NCBI GenBank assembly: GCA_963693365.1
Contig: CAVNZM010000005.1
Location: forward strand, 11,307,728-11,371,727
Direction of reading: 5' to 3'
Length of the DNA: 64,000 nt
Source of the DNA: Amoebidium appalachense
Lineage: Eukaryota > Protista > Ichthyosporea
A model generated the notes under the pieces. That model had not been told where the DNA came from, searched no databases, and saw only the letters and a list, made by a program, of their open reading frames with translations. The position numbers were made by a program, and so were the translations under genes. How positions within the stretch are numbered: position 1 is the first letter of the stretch; each line of letters opens with the position of its first letter. Of this stretch, positions 13,057 to 23,770 are shown piece by piece.

Positions 13057-14318
13057 CGTGAAAAAAAAGCAAAACAACCAACTTGAAGGCAAAGCAAAGC
13101 ACACACACACACACAAAAGAATACAAAAAAAATTGGAATATGGAAGTTAACACGGCAGAAACATAAATCCCTATAACAATAAATACACACACCTGGTCAT
13201 GGGGGTAGAATATGGACTTGCCGATGACCGGGAACTGCTTGCTGAGGCCATAGCTCAGTGCAATGTCAAGCACCTGCAGGGCGGCACGGGGGGTCTCGGC
13301 CGCAGTGCCCTGAAATTTCACCATGGTCAGTATTTATGAAAGTTGCCTGATTATAATGTATTAGTATGGTGTATTGCTTTCAAAACGATACGGTGCACGT
13401 GTTTCAGCAACACGTTGATCATTTAACCCTTTCATAAGGAGAGAGTATAGTCATCACTGCGCACATTAGTTTTTTGAATTCTAATTCGGAATCAAAACAC
13501 CGAAAGAACGAGAAAGTAGGTAGGGGGAAAGAAGATGTGGAATTAACTCAAGTGTTTCCCTGTGTTATTATCAGAATAGGGAGGGGGAGGGGGGCGGGGA
13601 GGGGGGGGAAAGGGGTGGGGTCCCCCGGGGGGCCTGGGGGGAGAAGGGGGGGGGGGGGGAAGGCTTAGAGAGTACGGTGATGGGAGCATGGGGGTAAAAC
13701 GGGAGGGGGGGGGGGGGGGGGGGGGGGGGATGTGGAAAGATGGCGAAGGTGAGGAGGGGAGAGACGGGCAGGGGGGGGGGGGGGGGGGAGGGGGGCATTC
13801 CTTGAGGTATGCGGCGATGGCGGAGACCAGAGGGACCACCGCCACCAGACGAATCACCAACTTGAACTTGCGCGCACGTTTGCCCTCCTCGCCCTCCTCC
13901 ATGGGTAGCTCAATGTCCTCGAGCTGTTAAAATTAAAATGTTTAGTTTTAAGTTTTAAAGATTATGCATACGGGTTAAAAGTGTGTTTAGACATCTGAGA
14001 GTAAGACTGTGTCGGATTTATTATATTAGAAGGGTAATTGTGGGTTGGAAAACATTTGATGTTGTATGTGGGTGAGGCTGAAGTGTTTGGGAAATTTCGA
14101 AGCGAACATGGAAAGCAAGTCAGTGACTCCAGATTAATACACAAAACCTTTAATAGCGGGGTAGGGGAGGGAAGGGGGGAGAGGGGGGGGGGAGAGGGGG
14201 GGGGGGGAGAGGAAGTTTCTTTTTCTTTTGTTCTCTTTTTTTTTTTTGGGGGGGGGGGGGGGGGGAGGAGGGGGAGGGGGGTTGGGTTGGGGGGAGAGGG
14301 GAGTAGAAACCGGGGAGG

Positions 14319-14353
<35 letters not shown>

Positions 14354-14717
14354 GTTAAGGGGAGCAGGAGAATAGTAAAAAAAAAAAAAGAGTACAAGGA
14401 GCTGAGAGGGGGCCCAGCGAAGAAACAGGAGAAAAGGGACAAACTGGACAGAGCTTTCAGAGAGGGGGGAAAAGGGAAAGATCGCGTGAGAACGTTTATG
14501 GAGGAATAATTAGGAAGAGATAAGGGGGATCATTGCTGACACATGCCAAGCGTAATAAGGTGCCTGCTAGAGAGAAGATGGGAGGAGGGCAAAGGCAAAG
14601 GGGACTTCGGCCCCCCGGGGAAGGGGGGGGGGGGTTGAGGGGAAAGTTGGAGGGAGGTTGGGGATGGTCTTTTTTTTTTGGGGGGGGGGGGGAAGGGGGG
14701 GGGAGGGGGGGAGGGGA

Positions 14718-14796
<79 letters not shown>

Positions 14797-14931
14797 TGTA
14801 CGACAAACTCGTCGAGGGGCAGCTTGTGGACGGTGTAGAGGTTCTTGCCGTCAAAGACCACCTTCACGGCCCCAAACTTATTTAACCGCTCACACTCACC
14901 AATCAGGAGCTTGCCGATCTTGCGCACCTGC

Positions 14932-14966
<35 letters not shown>

Positions 14967-15618
14967 CCCCAAATTTTTTGTTGTTGTTTTGTTGGGGAGG
15001 GGAGGGGGGGGGGGAGGGGGTGGAGGGGAGGGAGGGGAGGGGAGGGGAGGGGCAGGGGGAAAGGGGGGGTGGGTGGGTGGGTTTTTGTGTGTGTGTGGGG
15101 GGGGGGGGGTCGTCAGTTGGGGTGACTGGCCGTACCACATCCACAAATCAATCTATTTAAACTCTCCCTCCCCCCCCCTCCCCCCCCCCCCTCCCCCCCC
15201 CCCCCCCCCCCCCCCCTCCAAAAAAAAAAAGGAGAAAGGGAAAAAAGGAATTAATAAAGGGAAATCAAGACAAGGGAAAAAGAAAAAGGAAAAAGAGAAA
15301 AATGGAGAAAAATGAAAGGAATAACAAGGGGTAGAATAAAGAGAACGGATGTTTGAAGAAATTGAATTTCGTTGACGTAAATTAGAACACGTTAATCGTC
15401 TGGTATTTGTAGCATACGAGCAGCAACCACGATAACCATAAGAGCGAGATACTTTTCCTTTTCTTTTCGGTTTATTTCCTTCCTTTTTTCCCCCTTCTCT
15501 CCTTCCCTTTTTTCCTCTTCTTTTTTTTCCCGGGAGGGGGGGTGGGGGGGGGGGGGTGGGGGGGGTTGTTTCAGGAGGTATATTTTTTTTTTTTTTTTTA
15601 TTATTTTTTTTTTTTTGT

Positions 15619-15659
<41 letters not shown>

Positions 15660-16089
15660 CGGGTAGGTAGTGTGAAGAGGATTTTTTTCTTTTTCTTTTT
15701 TTTTTTTTTTTGGGGGGGGGGGGGGGGGGGGAAGGGGGTGGGGGGTGGGGAGGGGGGGGGGGGTGGTAACATGTACCTTGACCTCGGGCTCAAACGCCAC
15801 ATCGTAGTGGTAGGCTGTCTCTCTGAGCTTGCTGATGTCCAAACGGAAAAAGTTGGAGTGAAGACTGAGTGCCCTCCCCAGTTTTCCCTTGACAGGGGGT
15901 CGGCGCTGTGTCTTCACCGCATCAATTTCTTCTTTGGTTGGGCCTTCGGATGGGGTCTCTTCGGCGGGTGGGCCAGCGGGCGCAGAGCTCTTACCCTTGA
16001 TGGGGGGACCCCCGGGCCTCGGAGGGTGGTCCTTCGTTGGGACGACCACCACCACCACCACCACGACCACCGCGACCACGCTGCGCCAT
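5351..16089 (-). CDS. AGO: Argonaute (AGO clade; N-terminal RGG tail, N, PAZ, MID, PIWI), 14 exons, ~863 aa, catalytic D-E-D-H intact
   Basis: Exons: 16089-15777, 14927-14802, 13923-13801, 13309-13193, 12609-12421, 11923-11742, 10983-10767, 10293-10026, 9342-9194, 8596-8450, 8154-8002, 7498-7409, 6671-6480, 5677-5351; phases consistent except one extra nt in exon 1. Motifs: [106 protein letters not shown]. Confidence 0.97.
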
Positions 16090-17227
16090 GTTGTTGGTTG
16101 TTGATGGGTCTCTGTGTGAGCGGGGAAAGAGTAAACGGAGGAGAAAGTAGTGAGTGTCAAGAGAGTTATCGTGCAACACAAAATTGCAAATCGAGGTTAG
16201 AAAACTGTTACGCTCTCTTTAAAGCACACAGACGGGCTCCAAGTCAATCATTAGTAACTGAAACTAAGCATTGTAAACAAGATAGTCTAGACATGTAAAA
16301 CGGTTTAGAAAACTAAAGGGCACCCTTTGAAAATAATGCAGCCCGTAAAAAACAAAAACGAAAAATTCAAAACACATCCAGTTGCCTTCCCAAGAACTCC
16401 AGAAAATGTGCAAAAACCTAAGCGGTCAATACCAACAAAAAATCAAAGAGCACAGAGAGTGCTGAGGCAAAGCAGACGAAAGCCCATAAGCTAGCTCCCT
16501 CAAAACTCACCGTGTCACTTTTTTCTTATGAGAAACGCTTTTCAGCCGGCAGAAAACAGTGAAAACATCTACCAAAGGAGACTTATTATTTTTTTTCTCG
16601 TTGGAAGGTTTTATCTCCTCCTTACTGCTTACGGGTGCCACAAAAGCTCAGATTTACTATCGTGGCCGTGTTTCCCCCCCCCACATTATCAATGGAATGT
16701 GTTTCCAGTTTCTTGGTCTGTGGCATGGTTTGCCCCCCATGAAGTGGCCGCCTCAGTGGTCAAACAGAGTTTGCTACTGTCCTATTCACACGCTCACGCG
16801 ATCTTTGTGCACGTGCACACGTGTGTGCGTGTTTCCGCAGACGTTAGATATGTAACTTTCAGACCATAAATTTGGCCGCACCATCACACATTACATGGAG
16901 GGGTAGTTAATGCACCATGTTTAAAGGACAGTTACACTAACTGTTACACTAACGTTCTATGAATGCAAGATACCTTTCGAGAAGGTAACAGAAGCTTCAC
17001 AGGCTCGATTACTCCAGGTGATACGCTGTTATTTCTCCCATGCGGCACACGGCATTTAGAGGGACATAAAGACACACGTGGTCACGTCCTGAGCAGCATG
17101 CATGTGCATACCTATACACCCCAACCAGAATACAACGTTCGCGCCGTTTGCTCTGTTACACCGTAACGTTTTTGTGTAGACTGAAAGCCCCTGGGGCTGT
17201 TTTATAAGTACCGTCGCAGAGAGATCC

Positions 17228-17800
17228 CATTGGTGCGTTTCTAGAAGCCTTTTCCTATTGGTTGTCTTTACTGGTGTTCCTATTGGATATCAAAAAACAA
17301 GCTGAAGCAGTCAGGTTGAATAATAGAAACAACCATCAGCTTCCATGAATAAGAGAAAGAAGGAAAAACAATGCACAATACTTTTTTGATCATTTTTCTA
17401 TGTTTTTTAGTGTATTTTTGAGAAGCATATTCCATCCTTGGAAGCATTAGCCAATCGGATAAATACAATAAATCTAGATGGAATGCATATATGCGATTGG
17501 CGCCAAAAGGGGGCCCGATCGCAAGATGTTTGAGTGACTGTCTTCCCTGCGGCCCGGCTCAACATACCTTGTATGTTGCAGCAGGCGACAGTCACTAGAC
17601 AAAGTGTCTGATTGCGCAAATAAATATAAATCTACAGCCTATGATTGGTTCAAAGTCGCATTAATAATGTAATGAAAATTAAGGAAGCGTTGCTATTGCC
17701 CAACAACATTTTAGGGAAGCGTTCCTATTGCCCGACAGAAATTACAGCATTTCTATTGGACCTACAAGATAACCAAGCGTTCCGATTGCCCAACAGGAAT
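17228..17800. promoter_or_regulatory. Cluster of ATTGG/CCAAT-like and AAGCGTTCCTATTGCCC motifs
   Basis: Three AAGCGTT(G/C)C(T/G)ATTGCCC(A/G)ACA copies near 17686, 17717 and 17776, plus about seven ATTGG/CCAAT words in 600 bp, 1.1-1.7 kb upstream of the AGO start. Regulatory role is inference. Confidence 0.35.
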
Positions 17801-17865
17801 TCATAGACCCAACCGCGGCGTAGTAGTGCCCGGCCACTTACGTAAGCCAGTGGGTACATAGCCTT

Positions 17866-18059
17866 GGGGTTTACGCTGTTTACTCGAGGCAAAGAGAACC
17901 AGTCTCAGGTATGGTGGGGGGGTTTTGCTCGGAATATCCCCTCAGCGGTATATCATGATCACGTACATAGATGTCGGGTGGTGACTATATATCAGGGTTT
18001 ACTTTCTCTACGAGACACCATAAAGACTACAAGGAGAAATCAATTAGTTGGGGTTCCCC

Positions 18060-18100
<41 letters not shown>

Positions 18101-18132
18101 GGGCTCCCCTCGGGACACTCGGTATCAGCTGG

Positions 18133-18197
<65 letters not shown>

Positions 18198-19084
18198 TGT
18201 GTGTGTGCGCGCGTGCGCTATAATTTTGTGGTGATGTGTTTCTCAAGCCAATCAATACATCTAATAAACAGGTCGTAGTTACGCGTGTTTAGTATAAAAT
18301 CAAGGATGTTGTAATTTACAGGTAGGCTATCTTTCTGGGTGTCTGTTGTGAATGTGACGTGTGTGTGTTGCGGTATTATGTGGTCTATCAAACTACATTT
18401 GGCGATACATGACCGGTTAAACGGGTGTGTGTGTGTGTTGTTTGGGCATGCAAATGATGCCACCTTATACTTATTAGATCTCCACTGTATAGCACGTGTA
18501 CAGTAAAAGCGTGGTAATTGATCAATAATACCATCAGCTAGAGAAAGACCAGTTCTACAGGAAGGTAATATGTATTTAGGTGTTATACACTTGCGAGTGC
18601 CATATTTGGCAATATGGTTGAGGCGGTCAGTATATATAAAACGAGACATAAGGCTTAGTTTTTCAAGGTGTATGCTTTCATCGGGTCTAGTGTCGTGTGG
18701 TATCTTTTTCCATTTGTTATATTGCGTGATTATCTTGTGATTGTGTACATGTTTAATAAGTAAGTGGCAGTCCAAAGTCACACACACACTATTGCGGGGT
18801 TTATTTGTATTTGTGCCCAGGGGAGAAGGGGAGAGAGAGGGGAGGAAAGAGGGGAGAGGTGAGGAGGGGACAGGTCGGATAGAGAAGAGAGGGTGAGAGG
18901 GCAAATACTTCTTTAAGCGGCTTATGTGCTTATTGAATTTCAGCGCGAGATAGGATACTCTAGCAGCTATTGGGACCAGACCATATATCGAGAGCGTTAC
19001 AGGCCCAGGTTTACAACAGTTGTTAGATAGAAAGGAGGCAACTTCTGCTTCAAGGAAATTTGCCAAGGGTTTAAGCGCTGGAGA
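17866..19084 (-). mobile_element. 5'-truncated retroelement-like copy: C-terminal ~285 codons of an ORF (18218-19084) plus 3' tail with (CA)n, internal poly(A) and ~195-bp terminal segment
   Basis: Stop-free frame with ordinary composition; motifs IYGLVPIAARVSYLALKF, AIQWRSN, ACPNN..HPFNRSCIAKC, NILDFILN resemble, from memory and not from a search, the post-RT C-terminal region of non-LTR retrotransposon proteins. Followed by a ~36-nt A run; 3' part duplicated at 30081-30566. No RT core in this copy. Confidence 0.6.
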
Positions 19085-19319
19085 CTAGATCGCAAGCTTG
19101 ATCGGTAATCGAACAGCAGTTTGTCACAAGATTGTCACTTTTGTTTTTCATACAAACGGTTTTCCCAGCTTCTTTTTTTCCTCTTGCCATCGACCAAAAC
19201 ATCGGTCAACACCGAGCATTCTTGAAAAGTAGACGATATTCGTAAGGCAGGAAGCACAGGGCCTAATTTTTCTTACCCACGCACAAGATCTAGTTTAGAG
19301 ACAGACAGTCGGATCAGCG

Positions 19320-19385
19320 TTTTGGCTTGAAACCCCCAGTCGAAGAAACTGCTTTTTGGCTTGAAACCCCCAGTCGAAGAAACTG
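19320..19385. repeat. Exact 32-bp direct duplication
   Basis: TTTTGGCTTGAAACCCCCAGTCGAAGAAACTG at 19320-19351 and 19354-19385. Confidence 0.9.
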
Positions 19386-20533
19386 ATCCGAATCAAAGGG
19401 AGATCAGGGAAGAAGGAAGCTCTTTTCTTAACAGTCATTTAGTCTTAGGTGCACAACATAAAATTTATACCACGCTGGACATCAATCTGGTCGTCTGGCG
19501 CCCACTGTAAGAGTTCTATGCATTATCCATCGGTGAGTGCACCAGCATAAAACCACCGCCTGAGTTAGTAATACTCTCTTCTCCTATCTCCTTCTTCCTT
19601 TTTGTGCCTGTGCGACGCTAAACGAATGAAAACTAAAAAAAGCATAGTGCTTGCTCTTTTGCATCATCTTTTGCGTTTTCGTCTTCCTGGTGCCAGTTGT
19701 CAGCACGTAACTTCAGGGACCACACTGCTTTTCCCTGCAAGTACACTAGCTTCTTCCTATGTGTGACTGAGGCTTTCCCGTTTTGGGCAATGATTTTTAA
19801 TCGTGTGTTGTCGCCAACGCTTTTCCCCTGCCCTCATCTTGGTGCTTGGAACCTTCTCCCCACTCTCCCGCTTCTCTTCTATCCTACCTCCTCTGCTTTT
19901 TATTCTTGCCCTTGTCTGTTAAGCCGTCCACCTACTGTTATGCGGGGACCCACAGCTTTCTCTTTTGCTGCATGTGGTTTGTTCTTGGCTCTTCAAAAGA
20001 TGATGGATTTTAAGTTAGTACTTTTATATCGAATCTGCTGTTGTGGTTCCTTGTTCTGGTTGCCTGGATTTACTTTGCACTTCGCCTACCTTCTCCATCC
20101 CCGCCTCCCCTCCTCCCCCCCCCTTCCCCCCATCTTCCTTCCCCCCTCCCCTCCCTACTCTTTAGAAAGGTGCCATGCCTTGCTTGGATTAGCTTGTACG
20201 TTTGCTTGTACAGACTCGGCACTACTGGCACTTTCAGTGTGTGACTGTCGTAGCCAGCCTTCTCTCAGTTGGAGCTTTAGCTAGCCCTTTAACCTTTTCT
20301 TTCCCCTTTCTTGGTTGTTGTTTAGGCTGTCAATTTTTTTCTCTCGCAACTCTCTTACCTTTTGCCGCTTGACCCCCTCTCCTCTTTCCCCCCGTTCCCA
20401 TCTCCCCTTCCCTCGGACCATTCCCCTTCCCGGTCCCCCTCCCCTGCCCCCCCTTACCCCCCCCTCCCCCTCCCCCCGCCCCCTCCCCCCCCCCCCCTGC
20501 CCCCTCCCCCCTTCCCCTCTCCACTTGGCCTCT

Positions 20534-20643
20534 CCCTGAGGATGGGCTCTGTTTATGATGCATACTAGTTATGTAAGGTTAGCACTCTGCAATGTGTTTT
20601 CCCTTATGACGGTATGCTTTGTACTCTTTAACACATCCTAACC
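20534..20643 (+). repeat. Diverged member of the same short element family
   Basis: Head CCCTGAGGATGGGCTCTGTTTATGATGCATACT and tail CTTTGTACTCTTTAACACATCCTAACC, between C-rich tracts. Confidence 0.75.
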
Positions 20644-21065
20644 ACCCCCCCCCCCCCCCCCTGCGCCTCCACTCGTCCTCTGCATTTCTTTTCGCATTTT
20701 GAGTTTTCTCTGTCTTCTCCATAGCAAACAAACCCCCATCCGCCTGTTTCCATTGCAAACGTACACCAAGAAGTGCATAATCAACCGTGAAGAGAGCACG
20801 GAAGGCTTTGGGCGAGCTTCGGGAGAGTAGCAGGAAGTTGGTGAAAGGGGCAGGAAAGGTTGAGTGATGGGTGAAGGGAGGGAGACGGAACACAAGGGTG
20901 GGGAGGAGGGGAGGTGGGACGAGGATTGGGGGAGGGGGGGGAGGGGGGGGTTTGCTCCCGTGTATGGGGTTTGTTGTGGTGGTGGGTGGGTGGGTGGGTG
21001 GGTGGGTGGTGGGGTGGGTGGTGGTGTGTTGTGTATAAATGTGTGGGGTGGGGTGGGGTGCAGGG

Positions 21066-21099
<34 letters not shown>

Positions 21100-22069
21100 A
21101 AGGAAGGTTTATACCAAGTAGCCTACAAGATCAAAGGAGAAAGTGTCTGGAAGATTTCATCTATAGAACTTGCATGCACAGAACTCAAACCATGAAATGT
21201 GCGCTTGGATTCTCTTAGCAGTTTTGGTTGGCTGTGGTTGTGGGGATTGGGATTTGCATTTTGAACTTGGAGGAGACAAAGTGAGCCTTTGGGGTCTTGC
21301 TGCAGAAAGCAGATTGCATGATGCGGAGTGGTGGAAGGTAGATCTGGGGTAGGTGGTGTCCGTGCCGGTTTTATCGGTGATATGGCTTGATTTCTTTGAT
21401 TGTCTTTTTCTTGGTTTCTTTTTTGCTTGCCTCCCTCCCCCCCCCCCCCCCCCCCCTTTTCTTTTGTTCGGGCCTTTCTTTTTCGTTTGTCTTTCAATCT
21501 TTCTTTCTTTTTTTCTTTCTTTCTTTTTTACAAGGGGGGTGGGGAGGGGGAGGAGGAGGGGGGGAGGGGGAGGGGAGGTGTGTGTGTGGGTGTGTTTGCA
21601 CGCGTGCGCGTTTTGTGTGTAGGAGGGGGGGGGGGGGGGAGGGGGGGGGGGGGGGGGGGTAAGGGGAAAAGGGGAGGGATAGGTAGTGAGTGTTTGCAGA
21701 GATTTTTAATCTTGCCCCTTGGTGTTGCTTGTACATTGAATGCACGGGTGTGGGTGGGTGGGTGGGGGCGGGTGTGTGTGTTGAAGGGGCGTGCGTGTGT
21801 TAAGGGGGTGTTAGGGAGGTTGGTGGGATTTGGGAAGAGAGAAAAAGGACCTGCGCTTGTGTGTTTTCGGAGGAGGGGGAGGAGAAGTAGTGTTTTGGGG
21901 ATTACAATTTTGGTTCGAGTTAGGCGGAGATGATGTGTAATGAACCAGCCGATTACTTAGGCATTGGTGAGGCTTTCGTTGGCTTTGTCTTGTTTTTGTT
22001 CCTTTTGCTTTCTTTGTTTGTGTGTGTGCGTTTTGTGTGTGTGCGTGTGCGTGCGTGCGTGTTTATGTT

Positions 22070-22125
<56 letters not shown>

Positions 22126-22137
22126 TGCATGCGTGTG

Positions 22138-22209
<72 letters not shown>

Positions 22210-22341
22210 TACGTGCGTGGGTGTGTGTGTGGTGTGTGTGTGTGTGTGTGTGGTGCGTGCGCGCGCGCGTGTGTGTGTGTGTGTGTGTATGCATGTAATT
22301 TATGTGTGTGTTTTTTTTTTTGGGGGGGGGGGGGAGGTTGG

Positions 22342-22381
<40 letters not shown>

Positions 22382-22589
22382 TGTGTTGGAGGGGGGGGAG
22401 GGGGGGGGGAGGGGTTCTTTGTGCATTTGTGGTACAGTTAAATAGAAACGAGCTAGCTTGGAACAACAAATATAGCCTATTGTTACCATGTGTGTTGTGA
22501 GGTTGCTAAAGAGCCAGCAAGCACGAGTGGATGCATTCAACCCGTTTTTTCCGCCTTCTTTTTTCTTTTTTTCTTTTTCTGCGTGTGTG

Positions 22590-22631
<42 letters not shown>

Positions 22632-23064
22632 TTTGGGGGGGGGGAGATTTGACAATTTGACATACAACTTCAATTTAAGAGAGAGGGTTGGTAAGGAGGT
22701 GGTGTGGGTTATTAATTTTTTGCCTCCCTGGGGCATTTATGTAGTTTAGAACTTGATTACACTCCCTTTGGTGCTTGTAAGTGTATGTGTGTGCCGGGAA
22801 GGGTGTAACGAGGAGCTTGGAAGGCAATATTGCAACCTGTTCGGAAGGGGGAGGGGAGGGGAGGAGGGGGGGAGGGGGGGAGATAGATGGTGGAAGTTTA
22901 AGGGAAGGGGTGAGGGAGCATGCGGGTGTGCGGACTGTGTGTGTTTGTGTTTGGAGGGGGGGAGGGGGAGAGGGAGGGATTGGGAGGAGAGAAGGAGTTT
23001 GGGGGTGGTGACGAGAGTCCAGTGGAGAGGGGGAGCGCCGGGGGTGCTGGTGGGGGGGATGGGG

Positions 23065-23096
<32 letters not shown>

Positions 23097-23198
23097 AGAA
23101 CAAATGTGGAGATATGGGGGGTTTGGGGGGTGTTTTGCAGGGAGGAATGGGTGTCGGGCAAGCTCATGTGTATTATGAAGTATACTTAGTTGGTCCCC

Positions 23199-23537
23199 CC
23201 GAGGTCGGGCGCTGCTTATGATGCATACTGTCTGTTTGTCCGTTGGAAAATATGTAGTGTTGTCGGTCGTGAGATGTATCTTTCGTACTCTATAACACAC
23301 CTAAAGCCCCCCTTTTCGCTGTAAATGACTGGGCCACACTTTTGTGGAATGGCTCTGCTTATTATGCATACTCTGTGTGCTTTTGCACTTTGAATCGTGT
23401 TGCCCGTCATGGATTTGTCCTTCGTATTTGGTAACACATTCTACCCCCCCCCCCCCCCCCCCCCCCCCCCCCTGCATTCTGAATCGTGTTGTCCGTCATG
23501 AATTTATCTTTGATACTCTATATAACACAGTCTAACC
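23199..23537 (+). repeat. Cluster of two full and one partial diverged members of the short element family
   Basis: Copies at ~23199-23305, ~23349-23443 and ~23473-23537 share GCTCTGCTTATNATGCATACT, GAATCGTGTTG.CCGTCATG and TTCGTA...TAACACA..CTA motifs. Confidence 0.75.
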
Positions 23538-23770
23538 TTTATCCCCCCTCCCCCCCCCCCCCCCCCCCCCCCCCCCCGTCATTTTTTTTTTTCCCCCAGG
23601 TGTGACGGTTGCAGGCACCCATCAGCCTGGGGATTGACTGAGCCGCCTGTGCGGTGCCAGCGCTCTGGAGGACCCAATCGTGCGCCGCGCTGCCGACGAT
23701 AGCCCCCCGGGGCCTTCAACGGCAAGCGTGGCCCGGCCCGGCCCGCATCAAGCCACCCGCAGAAGCGAAA

